Source: an uncultured delta proteobacterium
Lineage (GTDB): Bacteria > Myxococcota > Myxococcia > Myxococcales > Myxococcaceae
Length of the DNA stretch: 64,000 nt
Assembly (NCBI GenBank): GCA_963771175.1
Contig: CAVYSY010000028.1
Coordinates: 32,001 to 96,000 of the forward strand
Reading direction: 5' to 3'
Positions 11,561 to 22,684 of the stretch are shown one piece after another. The first letter of the stretch is position 1; each line of letters starts with the position of its first letter. A model generated the notes under the pieces. That model had not been told where the DNA came from. It saw nothing but the letters and a program-made list of their open reading frames with translations, and searched no databases. The position numbers were made by a program, and so were the translations under genes.

Positions 11561-13420
11561 CTACCGGCCCCGACGTCCCCCGCCGCTACGGCCTCGCGAG
11601 GAGGGGCCCCCACGTGGAGCACTACCCCCGCGCCCGCCCCCCTTGCCACCCGGGCGCGCCGAGCCACGAGGCCCGCCTCTGCCCTGGCCGGAGCTCCTCC
11701 CGCCTTCATCCCTCGCTCCACGGGCCGTGTCCCGACCACGCCCGCCTTCACCGCGGCGCGCGGGCGGCCCCCGACGAGAGCCTTCCCGGTCGAATGCGCG
11801 CTCCCCGCGCGGGGCCTCCTCCCTCCCGCGACGAGGTGCCGCGCCACGGGCGGAGCCACGCTCGTCCGTCGCTCGGGCGGAACCCCTGCCACGACCCGGG
11901 GCCTCACGGCGGCTGCCGTCCCTCCCCCGGCCCTCCGAGGCCTCGCGTCTCGGGCCCGCGCCACGGGCGGAGCCACGCTCGTCCGTCCCTCGGGTGGAAC
12001 CCCTGCCGCGACCCGGGGCCTCACGGCGGCTGTCATCCCCGCCGCGGCGCTTCGGGGCCTCACGTCTCGGGCCCGCACCACGGGCCTCGCTCCGGGCACC
12101 GCTGGCGGCCCGGGAAGGTGTGCGCTCCGCCTTGCGTCCCTCGCGGCGGGGCGCCTTCCGGTCGGGCACCGCCTTCTCGAGGCGCTTCTCCGCCGCGCGT
12201 GTCCGGGCCTCGTTGCGCGCCCTCGTCTTTCCGCTCACGGGGGCGGACTCCAGCTCCGCCTCCTCCTGCCCGCCCTCGAACGCCTCCAGTTCCTCGCGGA
12301 AGGCGGGGTCCTCGCGCGGCACCTCGGCGCGTGGCAGGGGCATGCGGATGATGCGCTCGATGGCGTGCACGGTCTCCTCGTCCCGCGCGGTGACGAAGGT
12401 CGAGGCGCGCCCACTCGCGCCGGCTCGCGCCGTGCGGCCGATGCGGTGCACGTAGTCCTCCGGCGAGTGGGGCAGGTCGAAGTTGATGACGTGCCCGACG
12501 TCATCCACGTCCAGCCCGCGCGACGCGATGTCGGTGGCCACCAGGCAGCGGTACAGCCCGTTCCGGAAGCCCTCGAGCGCCTGCCGACGCTGGCCCTGCG
12601 TGCGGTCGGAGTGGATGAGGGCGGCCTTGTAGCCCGCGCCCTTGAGGATCTCCTGCACCTTCTCGGCGCGCTCCCGGGTGCGGGTGAAGACGATGGCGCT
12701 CAGTTGGTCCCTGGCGAGCAGGGAGAGCAGCAGCGGGTACTTCTCCGTGGCCTCGACCTCGTACATCCGCTGCACGGCGCGGGCAGCGGGAGTGCCGCTC
12801 GGAGTGACCTCGACGCGGACGGGCCGGCGCAGCACCTCCTGGGCGAAGCGGGTGACGTTGTGGCCGAGGGTGGCGGAGAAGAGGAGCGTCTGGCGCTCGC
12901 GAGGCAGGGCGGCGAGGATCTGCTCCAGCTCGGGCTGGAAGCCCAGCTCCAGCATGCGGTCGGCCTCGTCCAGCACGAGCATGCGCACCGCCGAGAGGTT
13001 CACCGCGCCGGCCTTCAGCAGGTCGGCGAGCCGGCCCGGGGTGGCGAGGACGAGGGAGGGACGCTGGCGGAGCGCCTCCACCTGGGCGCCCATGTCCGTG
13101 CCGCCGATGACCACCGCCCGGGAGACCCCGCGCGGCTCACCGAAGAAGGTGGCCTCCTCGGCGATCTGCTGCACCAGCTCGCGGGTGGGGGCGAGCACCA
13201 GCCCGGCCGGGCCCGGCTCACCGGCCAGACGCTCGACGAGGGGCAACAGGTAGGCGGCGGTCTTGCCGGTGCCGGTGGCGGCACAACCGATGACGTCCCG
13301 CCCGGCGAGTGCCGGCGGGATGGCCTGGGCCTGGATCGGGGTGGGCGAGGCGAAGCGGGCGCGCCGCACCGCACCAAGCGATTCTTCAGAGAGGCCGAGG
13401 GACTTGAAAGATGAGCTCAC
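11561..13420 (-). CDS. DEAD-box RNA helicase (RhlE-like) with long Arg/Gly-rich tail
   Basis: ATGTGKT, PTREL, DEAD, SAT, HRIGRTAR; likely GTG start at 13420; C-terminal ~220 aa low-complexity R/G. Confidence 0.88.
   Translation of the reverse strand: MSSSFKSLGLSEESLGAVRRARFASPTPIQAQAIPPALAGRDVIGCAATGTGKTAAYLLPLVERLAGEPGPAGLVLAPTRELVQQIAEEATFFGEPRGVSRAVVIGGTDMGAQVEALRQRPSLVLATPGRLADLLKAGAVNLSAVRMLVLDEADRMLELGFQPELEQILAALPRERQTLLFSATLGHNVTRFAQEVLRRPVRVEVTPSGTPAARAVQRMYEVEATEKYPLLLSLLARDQLSAIVFTRTRERAEKVQEILKGAGYKAALIHSDRTQGQRRQALEGFRNGLYRCLVATDIASRGLDVDDVGHVINFDLPHSPEDYVHRIGRTARAGASGRASTFVTARDEETVHAIERIIRMPLPRAEVPREDPAFREELEAFEGGQEEAELESAPVSGKTRARNEARTRAAEKRLEKAVPDRKAPRREGRKAERTPSRAASGARSEARGAGPRREAPKRRGGDDSRREAPGRGRGSTRGTDERGSARGAGPRREASEGRGRDGSRREAPGRGRGSARATDERGSARGAAPRRGREEAPRGERAFDREGSRRGPPARRGEGGRGRDTARGARDEGGRSSGQGRGGPRGSARPGGKGGGRGGSAPRGGPSSRGRSGGGRRGR
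11841..12085 (-). repeat. Intragenic tandem repeat, period 117 bp (39 aa), about two copies, in the helicase tail
   Basis: gcgccacgggcggagccacgctcgtccgtc at 11841 and 11958; peptide RREAPGRGRGS..TDERGSARGA repeated. Confidence 0.75.
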
Positions 13421-13525
13421 ACAAGAGGGGCTATCACGCCCGGACGCGCGGGGCGACCCACAACGGCTCACCGGGAAAAGGAGGGCCTCCGCCCGGCCGA
13501 CCCCCTGACACCCATTCCTCCCGGT

Positions 13526-13876
13526 TCAACTCACCCTCGGTAAAGGGGGAAGGTTCAGCTCGTCCACGGTGAGCGACTGGATGCGCACCCACTTCATCCG
13601 GGCGGAGCCGACGCCGAGTGAGCCGAGGCCCAGGGCCCCGATGGAGAGCGCACCGATGCTCAAGGCCCCGAGGGCGAACGCCCCCACGGCCGTCGCGCCA
13701 ATGGCCAGGGCCGGAAGGGCGAGGGACCTGCCTCGCTCACGGAGGCGCCGACGCTCTGTCCAACGGAGGAGGAGAGGCACGGCAATCGTCTGGGCAACGA
13801 GCAAGGGAACAGACGAGAGGAATCCCTCCCGTAGTCGGGACGACAGCTGCATCTTCTGCTGGGTGAGCGCGAGCAT
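13526..13876 (-). CDS. Small membrane protein with GAxAxG glycine-zipper-like repeats
   Basis: ATG at 13876; IGATAVGAFALGALSIGALSIGALGLG segment. Confidence 0.55.
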   Translation of the reverse strand: MLALTQQKMQLSSRLREGFLSSVPLLVAQTIAVPLLLRWTERRRLRERGRSLALPALAIGATAVGAFALGALSIGALSIGALGLGSLGVGSARMKWVRIQSLTVDELNLPPLPRVS

Positions 13877-13958
13877 GTGCCATGGATGGAGCGACCCGAG
13901 CCCCGAGGCAATTGCCCTGGCGGGTCCCCGGACGCTTGCACGAGGCGCACAAGGAGAC

Positions 13959-14025
13959 CTCCCGGGCGCGTTTTCGAAAAACCTGTCCGACAGTCGGACA
14001 GGTTTGCGCGAAGTGCACCCGGGGG
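13959..14025. repeat. REP-like palindromic element, copy A
   Basis: 27-bp palindrome aaacctgtccgac-a-gtcggacaggttt (13979-14005) inside outer cccgggcgcg...cccggg arms. Confidence 0.8.
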
Positions 14026-14450
14026 GGCCACCGGTTCCACTCCTCATCGGGAAGTCGTTCCGGAAGATGTCCACCACGTAGCCGAGCGCATGGTGCTCAC
14101 GTTTTCGGGTCGTAGAAGTAGACCCTGACCACCTCGGCTGGAGGCAGGATGCCGTGCCTCCCACACCCGTCTCGGACCACACGAACTCCCAACGTCTGGG
14201 CAACTCCCGGCCCGCCATGTCTTCCGCGAAGGCCGTCACCGTTGCGAGCGCCTGCTTGCGCAGCCCCCGCGATGGAGACGAGCGAACTCCGGGGCTTCGG
14301 CCAGGCCTCTGAGGAACAAAGGCCGCGCGCGCCCACCTGGGCAGTAGGACGTCCCGGATGCGCCCGCGCACCTCCTGGATTGGCGGCTCGACTCGGTGCA
14401 AACAGGAGCCTCGGGCCTTGAGCAGACGGGGAGGCCAGGGAGGAGCACGC

Positions 14451-15248
14451 GTGGGCACGGAGAAGAAGGTCGAGTCGAGCAGGGAGGACGTGGAGCAGTT
14501 GGGGCCGTACCAACTCCAGGAGCAGGTGCCGCAGGACGAGCACAGCCGGGGGGAGCTCTACCGGGCCACGCACGAGACGAGCGGGGCGACGGCCCTGGTG
14601 CTCAAGCCCTCCGCCGGGGACGAGGCCCACCCGGAGCCGCTGACCGACTGGCGGGTGCGCTACATCTCCTCGGCCTCTCCCAACTACGTCGCCATGGAGG
14701 TGGAGCACTCTCCCTGGTCCGTTGCCCAAGACAAGCACTCCGTGGAGGCTCTGGTGTGCACGTTCGAGGATATGCATGAGGGGGTGCGGCGCATGACCCA
14801 TGCCTTCCCCGCCACCAAGGAGCCTCGCCCCCGGTGGCGCATGGGGCTGGTGCTGGCTGGCGCCGCCGCCGTGGGTGCCCTGGTCTTCGCCCTGGTCCGT
14901 CTCGCCCCCGGAGCCCAACCGCCCGCCGGCCCGGACCCCGTGGCGAGAATCGCGCCTGCCCCCCTGCGCGACGAGGTGCCGACGGACGGCCTGGTGCCCC
15001 TCACGGAGCTTTCACTCCTGGTTCCCACGGAAGGGTCCCCTGCCCTCACCCACCCCTTGCCGAGCAGACCCTACAAAGGGCAGAGGCGCCCTCCCTGCAA
15101 GCCCCGGGTCGAGGTGGAGCTCAACGGTGGCTGCTGGGTGCCTCACGAGTTGAAGGCACCCTGCCCGGAGGACCTCTACGAGTACCAGGGCAAGTGCTAC
15201 ACGGTCTCCATGCAGCCCCAGCCGCAGCCCCAAGCGCTCGGGCAGTGA
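14451..15248 (+). CDS. Myxobacterial membrane protein: kinase N-lobe-like remnant, TM segment, Cys-rich extracellular tail
   Basis: LGPYQL..GELYRATHETSG..ALVLKP start, one TM helix, PYKGQRRPPC..GGCW..C..GKCY tail typical of myxobacterial kinase C-termini. Confidence 0.65.
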   Translation: MGTEKKVESSREDVEQLGPYQLQEQVPQDEHSRGELYRATHETSGATALVLKPSAGDEAHPEPLTDWRVRYISSASPNYVAMEVEHSPWSVAQDKHSVEALVCTFEDMHEGVRRMTHAFPATKEPRPRWRMGLVLAGAAAVGALVFALVRLAPGAQPPAGPDPVARIAPAPLRDEVPTDGLVPLTELSLLVPTEGSPALTHPLPSRPYKGQRRPPCKPRVEVELNGGCWVPHELKAPCPEDLYEYQGKCYTVSMQPQPQPQALGQ

Positions 15249-15713
15249 GGGGCACGGGGCCCCTCGCCAGGGACTCCGAGCCGCCAAGAGCTGAGTCCTT
15301 CCGCACACTTAGAGCCTCACCCTCGGGGTCCACCCTGTCGGGTGGGTCACCCCGACGAGATCGACCTCCAGAGGGGGGCAACAGGGCATCCACGCCCGTG
15401 ACGGCCCGGCCGCTTTTCCGTGGAGTCCTGTCCGGTGCCGCCCCAGGGTTCGCGGTTCCACGGCGGGGGCACGGGCCGGGCGTTATCCCTGGCATTACCG
15501 TCCCCGGTCAGGGAGAGTGCGGAGCGGGCTCCCCCGCCTACCGAGTGAGCAGGCACTTGGAGGCACTGCGGTATAAGGTGGCCCCCCTGTCAGGCTCGGG
15601 ACGAGAGAAGGGCGGACTGCCGTACACATCCGTGTCCGACCCCCTGTCACACCCGAGGGATCTGCCCCACCATTGAGGGGCAAGTCCTGAAACCCATTTC
15701 CGAGGAGAGGCAC

Positions 15714-16421
<708 letters not shown>

Positions 16422-16520
16422 ATGGAACCTCCCGCACGCGGTGGACGCGATCCACGGCGTGCGGAACCGAGGCGCGGCCCGCTCCGTCACCTGAGTGAGG
16501 GCGGGCCGCGAGCCACGTGA

Positions 16521-17090
16521 CTAGGCGTTCTGCGGCGGCGGTCCACTCATCATGGTCGCGGCGCGGCGAGCCATCTCCTTCGGAGTGACGTTCTCCTTGT
16601 GGGTCGCGATCTGCCAGTCGTGGCCGAACGGATCCTTGACGCGCCCGTAGCGGTCTCCCCAGAACATGTCGGCCAGGGGCATCGAGACCTTCGCGCCCGC
16701 GGAGAGGGCCTGGTTGAACAGCGCGTCCGCGTCCTTCGTGTAGATGAGCATGCTCGCCGAGATGCCGCCGACGGTCTCGGGCGAGGAGGAGCCCATCGCG
16801 GGGAACTCGTCGCTGAGCATCACGATGGAGTCGCCGATCTTGATCTCCGCGTGCATGACCTTGCCCTCCGGACCCGCCATCCGGTTCAGCTCCTTGGCGC
16901 CGAAGGCCTTCTTGTAGAACTCGATCGCCTTGTCCGCGCCGCGCACCACGATGCTCGGCGTGACCACGTGATAGCCCTTCGGAATCGGCTGCACCTTCGC
17001 GCGCTTCTTCGCGGGCACCTTCTTGGCGACCTTCTTCGCCGCAGTCCGAACCCGCTCCGCTGCCTTCTTGGCTGCCTTCTTCAACGCCAT
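16521..17090 (-). CDS. VOC/glyoxalase (PhnB-like) protein with Lys/Ala-rich N-terminal extension
   Basis: AIEFYKKAFGA, MHAEIKIGDS, DMFWGDRYGRVKDPFGHDW. Confidence 0.88.
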   Translation of the reverse strand: MALKKAAKKAAERVRTAAKKVAKKVPAKKRAKVQPIPKGYHVVTPSIVVRGADKAIEFYKKAFGAKELNRMAGPEGKVMHAEIKIGDSIVMLSDEFPAMGSSSPETVGGISASMLIYTKDADALFNQALSAGAKVSMPLADMFWGDRYGRVKDPFGHDWQIATHKENVTPKEMARRAATMMSGPPPQNA

Positions 17091-17329
17091 GGTTCACCCC
17101 TCCGGGAAAGTCACATCCAGCTCCCAGTCCTCGCGGAAGAGCGCGTCACAGTCGACTCGCGCGACCGCAGCGGACCGAGGGCAAGCAGCATGAAATGAAT
17201 TCGAGCGCCCTTCAACACGCCAGCCAGGCCCATGGTCGTCCATCTATCGGGTCGAGGCGGGGCCGCTCGGCGGCGTTGCGAACCTCGGGACCCTGGCCTA
17301 AGACTCGGTGCGCCGTCCGGGAGCCGCTC

Positions 17330-17968
17330 GTGGCCGAAGCCGTCGACTACTTCTCCAATCATCGCTTGAAGCTGCGCTACCCCTGGCGCCTGTACCACGG
17401 GCCTCTCACGGACGCGTTCTCGCGGGCGGTGCGCGAGGCCTCGGGACCCGAGCTCCTCAACGTGGGCTCCGGGCCCTTCTTCGAGCTGGAGCTCCTCCCT
17501 CCGTCCGACAAGCGCTGGACCATCTGCGACATCGACGCGCGCGCCGTCGAGCTCGCCCAGCGGATTCATGGCGGCCGGCTCGCCCGGGCGGATGTGATGG
17601 AGGCCGACAAGCCCCTGCCCTACCAGGACAACAGCTTCGACCTCGTGGCGAGCATGGACGTCATCGAGCACGTGCTCGAGCCGGAGCGGTTCGTCCGCGA
17701 AATCCTCCGCGTGCTGAAGCCGGGTGGCCGGCTGTTCTTCACCACGCCCAACTACCAGTCCCTGTCCCTCAAGGTGCTGGAGTCCACCGTGCTCGAGGCC
17801 ATCGCCCGGGTGCAGGGCTTCAGCCGCAAGAACCTCCACCCCACCAAGTTCAACCCCGACCGACTGCGGCGCATCCTCGAGGACTGTGGCGCCACGCGCG
17901 TGTCGGTGGAGGTCATCTCGTTCGGCTGGGTGCTGGTCGCCGAGGCCGAGAAACCGCACGCCGCCTGA
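17330..17968 (+). CDS. Class I SAM-dependent methyltransferase
   Basis: [36 protein letters not shown] start inferred. Confidence 0.85.
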   Translation: MAEAVDYFSNHRLKLRYPWRLYHGPLTDAFSRAVREASGPELLNVGSGPFFELELLPPSDKRWTICDIDARAVELAQRIHGGRLARADVMEADKPLPYQDNSFDLVASMDVIEHVLEPERFVREILRVLKPGGRLFFTTPNYQSLSLKVLESTVLEAIARVQGFSRKNLHPTKFNPDRLRRILEDCGATRVSVEVISFGWVLVAEAEKPHAA

Positions 17969-17971
17969 GCC

Positions 17972-18781
17972 ATGAGCAACGAAATCACCCTCGACGATTT
18001 CCGGGAGTACTTCCCCTACGCGCCCACCGCGCTCTCCATCAAGGAGTGCGTCCGGCTCTCGCGCACCCGCGGGCTCAACTGCCCCAGCCCCATCCTCGAC
18101 GTGGGCTGTGGCGACGGGCTCTTCGCCAAGCTCGCGTTCCAGAACGCCGAGGTGTGGGGCATCGACATCGACAGCAGGGAGGCCCGGCGCGCGCAGGCCA
18201 GTCGCGCGTATGAGCAGATCGTCCTCGCGGATATTACGCGGGCGAAGCTGCCGGACGGCTTCTTCGCGTCCTGCCTCGCCAACTGCTCGCTCGAGCACAT
18301 CCCGGACCTGGGCGCGGCGCTGCGCAACATCCACCGCGCGCTCAAGCCCGGAGCGCCCTTCTACACCTTCCTGCCGAACAAGGACTGGGCGCGCTACATG
18401 ACGTCCACCCAGACGCTGGCGAAGCTGGGGCTCACGCCGCTCTCGGAGACCCTCCAGGAGAGCATCAACAGCATCTTCAAGCACCGCCACCTCGAGGACG
18501 CGGACGGCTGGCGCCGGCACTTCGAGGAGGCGGGCTTCGTCGTGGACGCCGTGGAACCCATTGGCAGCACCGCGTCCACGCGCGCCTTCGAGGCCTTCCT
18601 CCTGCCCTCCACCCTCGGGTGGCTGAACAAGAAGCTCACCGGCCGCTGGTCTCTCTCCTCCGAGCTGAGGAAGTGGACGGTGCTGCCGGCATATGCGCTG
18701 GTCCGCATGGCCCTCGCCATGGCGAAGGATGAGACGCCCACGGCGGAATTCCTGCTCGCATGTCACAAGCCGAAGGCGTGA
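17972..18781 (+). CDS. Class I SAM-dependent methyltransferase
   Basis: LDVGCGDG, GIDID, SLEHIPD, RALKPG. Confidence 0.85.
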   Translation: MSNEITLDDFREYFPYAPTALSIKECVRLSRTRGLNCPSPILDVGCGDGLFAKLAFQNAEVWGIDIDSREARRAQASRAYEQIVLADITRAKLPDGFFASCLANCSLEHIPDLGAALRNIHRALKPGAPFYTFLPNKDWARYMTSTQTLAKLGLTPLSETLQESINSIFKHRHLEDADGWRRHFEEAGFVVDAVEPIGSTASTRAFEAFLLPSTLGWLNKKLTGRWSLSSELRKWTVLPAYALVRMALAMAKDETPTAEFLLACHKPKA

Positions 18782-18793
18782 CCCCCCCGCCGG

Positions 18794-21328
18794 GTGCCCC
18801 CTCGCGCGCCCCCTCCCGGAGCGCGCCAGGGCCCCGGTTGGAGCCTCCCGCGAGAAGGCGCGGTGCTGTTGCTGTTCACCGCGCTCTCGGTGGCCATGAC
18901 CTGGCCGCTCGCCTGGCGTCTGTCCACGCACACCGTGGACGTGGGGGTGGATGACCCGCTGCTCTGCGCGCGCATGCTGGACCACCAGCTCGCGTGGCTC
19001 TCCGGCCAGCGGCGCCTGTTCGACCTCAACTTCTTCTTCCCCCACCCGAACGCGTTCACCACGACGGACATCTCGCTCGGGTTCCTCTACAGCGCCCTGC
19101 CCTTCCTGCCGTTCACCCAGGACAGGCTGACGCTCGTCAACCTGGGCACGTTGCTGAGCTTCGTGCTCACCGGGCATGCGGCGTTCCTCCTCGTGCGGCG
19201 GCTCACCCGTCACCCGGCCGCGGGACTCGTCGCCGGGGCCGCGGCCGCCTTCTGCCTCTGGCGCTTCCACCAGCTCGACCACTGGAACGTGCTGCAGATG
19301 CAGTGGTGGCTGTACCTGGCCTGTGCGCTGCTGTGGCTGCGCGATGGGCCGTCGCCCGGACGGGCCCTGCTCGTCGCCGTGCTCACGTTCGTCACCTTCA
19401 GCGCCACCGTGAACCTCGGCATCTACTCGGTGGCGCTCTCGCTCGCGTTCGGGCTGTACGTGCTCGCGAGCCTGCCCGAGGGTCAGCGCGCGCGCGGCGT
19501 GGCGTACACGGTGGGCGCGGTGGCGCTCGGCGGGTTGATGCTCGTCCCCATCTACGGGCCGTACCTCCTGCAGGCGAAGCTGTATGACATCCAGCGCGCC
19601 ATCGGGGAGATCCAGCTCTACTCGGGGCGCGTGGAGCAGCTCGGGGCCGCGCCGACGTTCAGCAGGCTGTACGGTGCCGGCTCCTCGCACCTCATGGGAC
19701 GCGAGAGCCTCACGTTCCTCGGGTGGACGGTGCTCGTGCTCGCGTTCGCGGGGCTCCTCCTCCCGGAGCTGTCGCGGAAGGAGGGCCGGGCGAGGGCGCT
19801 CGTGCTGTCCATCGCCCTCGGCGGTGGCGCGCTCCTCCTCGCGAGGCTGGGGCTCCAGCAGCCGTGGCTGGCCGTGGCGGCGGTGCTGCTGTTGCTCGCC
19901 ACAGCGCTGGCCGGAGGTCGGCTGGGAGCCTCCGAGGCGCAGCGCGCGGCGTGGCTCTTCGCCAGCGTGGCGGTGTTCTACTTCTTCGCGTCGCTCGGCC
20001 CCGAGGTGTACTGGCGCGAGCGGAGCCTCGGCCCCGGCCTCTGGGCCTGGGTGATGAAGCTGCCCGGCTACAGCACCGTGCGCACGCCCGCGCGCTTCCA
20101 CTTCGCCACGTCGCTGGCCGTCGCGGTGCTCGCGGGAGTGGGGACCTCGGCGCTCCTGGGGTTGAGCCGCTCGCGCACGGTCCAGGGGGTGCTCGGTGCG
20201 CTCGCGATGGGGCTCGTCCTCCTCGAGCTCCACAGCGCGCCGCTGCCGCTGCGCAGGATGACCACCTTCCAGGAGGCGCCGCCCGTGTACGCGTGGCTCG
20301 CGCGCCAGCCGGGGAAGGGCGCGGTGGTGGAGCTGCCCGTCATCGAGGGGCTCGAGCGCTACCGCATGTTCTTCTCCATCATCCACGGCCGGCCCACGGT
20401 GGATGCGGAGAGCGGCTTCATGCTGCCCTCGTGCACCTGGGTGCTGCACCCGAACATGGTGACGGGCGCCGCGCTGCCGAAGCTGGAGGCACTGCGCTGG
20501 GCGGGGCTCGAGTACGCGGTGCTGTATCCGGGCTACCTGCCGCCGGACGCGCAGGCGCGCTACCGCGAAGTGCTGGGGCGTGCGGGTGCGAGTCTCGCCA
20601 CGACGTTCCCGGGCGTGGAGGTCTGGCGGTTCAGCGCGCCGGGAGCGCCCCTGCCCTTCACACCGGAGAACGTGGTCGCGAACGTGGCCACCGGGCCCGC
20701 GCTGAGCGTCGGCCAGCCGCTGCCCGTCCGCGTCGAGCTCGCGCCGAAGGGGACTGCGGCGGTGCACGAGCAGGAGGTGCGCCGGCTCACGGTCATCGTG
20801 GAGTCCGAGGGGCGGAGCTTCCGTGCGCCGCTCTACCTCGCGCCGCCGCTGCTCGTGCCCGCGCAGGTGGAGACGCGCTCGGTGGAGGTGCCGGTGAAGC
20901 TCCCGGCCGGGAAGGCGCGACTCGCGCTCCGGGTAGAGGACGAAGAGGGCCGTGTCCTCGCGAGCGCCAGGGGTGAGTTGCTCGTCACCACGCCCGCCGA
21001 GTGGGCCTCGCGGGAGCGGAGCCTGCGCAATGGGCCCTGTGAGCTTCAGGTTCTCTCCAGCACGCGGGCCCCGTATGGCATTGCCCGCCTGCTCGTGCGC
21101 GCCGGCAACCGGACACAGGACGCCTGGGCCGGCGCGGCGCACCCGAGCGTGGGTTGGACGACGACCGGTGGCGAGCAGGGGACCCGCGTGACGCCGCCAG
21201 CAGTCGCCGCGGGCGAGGACGTACTGCTCACGCTGGGCGTCCCGAGGGCCTCGGGTGAGGCGGTCCGCGTGCGCGTGCTGTCCCCGGATGGGACCGAGCG
21301 CTGCGCGGTGGACGCCGCCCTGCCCTGA
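18794..21328 (+). CDS. Multi-pass membrane protein, GT-C/YfhO-like glycosyltransferase with extracytoplasmic C-terminal domains
   Basis: About 12 hydrophobic segments, N-terminal TWPL..DDP motif, R.P.RF loop, VYAWL..VVELP region; operonic with the two methyltransferases. Confidence 0.6.
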   Translation: MPPRAPPPGARQGPGWSLPREGAVLLLFTALSVAMTWPLAWRLSTHTVDVGVDDPLLCARMLDHQLAWLSGQRRLFDLNFFFPHPNAFTTTDISLGFLYSALPFLPFTQDRLTLVNLGTLLSFVLTGHAAFLLVRRLTRHPAAGLVAGAAAAFCLWRFHQLDHWNVLQMQWWLYLACALLWLRDGPSPGRALLVAVLTFVTFSATVNLGIYSVALSLAFGLYVLASLPEGQRARGVAYTVGAVALGGLMLVPIYGPYLLQAKLYDIQRAIGEIQLYSGRVEQLGAAPTFSRLYGAGSSHLMGRESLTFLGWTVLVLAFAGLLLPELSRKEGRARALVLSIALGGGALLLARLGLQQPWLAVAAVLLLLATALAGGRLGASEAQRAAWLFASVAVFYFFASLGPEVYWRERSLGPGLWAWVMKLPGYSTVRTPARFHFATSLAVAVLAGVGTSALLGLSRSRTVQGVLGALAMGLVLLELHSAPLPLRRMTTFQEAPPVYAWLARQPGKGAVVELPVIEGLERYRMFFSIIHGRPTVDAESGFMLPSCTWVLHPNMVTGAALPKLEALRWAGLEYAVLYPGYLPPDAQARYREVLGRAGASLATTFPGVEVWRFSAPGAPLPFTPENVVANVATGPALSVGQPLPVRVELAPKGTAAVHEQEVRRLTVIVESEGRSFRAPLYLAPPLLVPAQVETRSVEVPVKLPAGKARLALRVEDEEGRVLASARGELLVTTPAEWASRERSLRNGPCELQVLSSTRAPYGIARLLVRAGNRTQDAWAGAAHPSVGWTTTGGEQGTRVTPPAVAAGEDVLLTLGVPRASGEAVRVRVLSPDGTERCAVDAALP

Positions 21329-21408
21329 ATGTGCACAGGCGGGGATTTGGGGGCCCGGGAAGGGGCCTCATCCCCATCCTCAGGCGCTCAGCATCGCGCT
21401 ACGGGGTG

Positions 21409-21789
21409 CTAATCCTCTGGGTCGTCCACGTAATCAAGCGCGATTTGGGCCTGTTCACGGTAGAGCGGCACGACCTCAACGGCCAACACGCTCTCCAGCA
21501 CCGTTCGCGCTCCAGTCACGTCATCCGCTTTCTTGCGGCGGGCGGAATCAACGAGCGCCCGGGATAGTCGCCGACTTCCCTCGAAAATCCGGCGGCGCAT
21601 CTCTCGCACGAGTGTTTCCGCGCCCGCCAGGGTGAGCAGTGCGCGTTCTGCGTCGTCATGGCTGATAGCGATGTCCCGAGCCACTCGCCGGCAGAGATCG
21701 CGCACGTCGGCGTTTAGTTCTATCGCCTCGTTCCGCTCAAGCTTTGCATATAGCCCAAGCACCCTGTCCCAATCGTGGGGCTCTCCCAT
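21409..21789 (-). CDS. DUSAM-domain protein (myxobacterial paralogous family)
   Basis: HDWDRV...IFEGSRRLSRAL...GAR..LESVLAVEVVPLYREQA pattern; lower GC than flanks. Confidence 0.75.
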   Translation of the reverse strand: MGEPHDWDRVLGLYAKLERNEAIELNADVRDLCRRVARDIAISHDDAERALLTLAGAETLVREMRRRIFEGSRRLSRALVDSARRKKADDVTGARTVLESVLAVEVVPLYREQAQIALDYVDDPED

Positions 21790-21796
21790 CCCTGCA

Positions 21797-22200
21797 TCAC
21801 CTCGTTTTTTGCCAGCACATTTGGAAGGGCCATTGGTGCTCTGCACAGGACGTAGGTGTCTCGGCAGTGCTCCCGCCATCCCTCGTCAGGGTCATCTGCC
21901 TCCTCCCCTTCGCCCTCACCTGCTCCCTCGTCTGTCCTTCGTTGTAGAGCGTCCTCGACCATCACCCCAGCCTCTATCGCCTCCTCTATGTCCACAGCAG
22001 TGGCGCCACAGGCGCCCACCGGGTCGTATGGGAACTTCTGGATGCAACACGTCATGGTGTTGTTTCCGCAGTCGCTCAGGCCGATAGCAGCTGTTCCAGC
22101 CCGAGCAACCCGACGCGAGCACGATCCACGGTACAGCCGCCCCAAGGCGCAGGACGCAATTCAGGCCTTCCATGCCTCCGATGCCAGGCAGGTCAACCAT
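21797..22200 (-). pseudogene. Degenerate Cys-rich protein gene upstream of DUSAM
   Basis: CCIQKFP..PVGACG and WREHCRDTYVLC in one frame; terminal HQWPFQMCWQKTR* in another frame ending 7 bp before the DUSAM ATG; 5' end unclear. Confidence 0.45.
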
Positions 22201-22684
22201 GGGATGCCAGAAAGGGACAGGGCGTGACAGGCCACCAGCGTGGCCAGAGTGACGTTGACGCCGCCCCCTCGAGTAGAAGTTCATCAACCTCCCCCGCCTC
22301 CGCTCCTCGACGAGGGTCTGCAGCAGGTAGTTGCAGTGGCCCAGCGCCCGGAGCAGGAACCTCCAGCCTCCCGCCTGCTCCTCCCCCACCGTTCGCTCCG
22401 CCATCCCCGCTTCCTCCCGACGCTCCGGGCGCTCCAGACTCCCCGGCGCGCCCCACTGCCTCCCGTTAAAGGAGGCTCCAGCGCCGCTCCCTCCGCCCTC
22501 GCATCCAGCCTGGGCCTCGCCCGGTCGGCTGCAAGACAGAGATGCCTCTGCAGGTCATGATGCGCTGCGGTATAGAAGGCCTCGCCCCAGCGGACCATGA
22601 CTCAGCCACCACCCGGGCTTTTCCGGACTGCAATCTTCTGCTGAAATTGGTCAGAGAGGGCCTGACTTCGTCAGGGGGACGGAA

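Noticed and set aside
14030..14350. Possible small frameshifted gene on the minus strand (FAEDMAGRELPRRWEFVW / VRVYFYDP / GYVVDIF)
   Set aside because: Fragments in three frames with no family I can recognise
15250..15700. Long GC-rich intergenic region before infC as a structured ncRNA or tRNA
   Set aside because: Only short local hairpins; no cloverleaf or known RNA motif recognised
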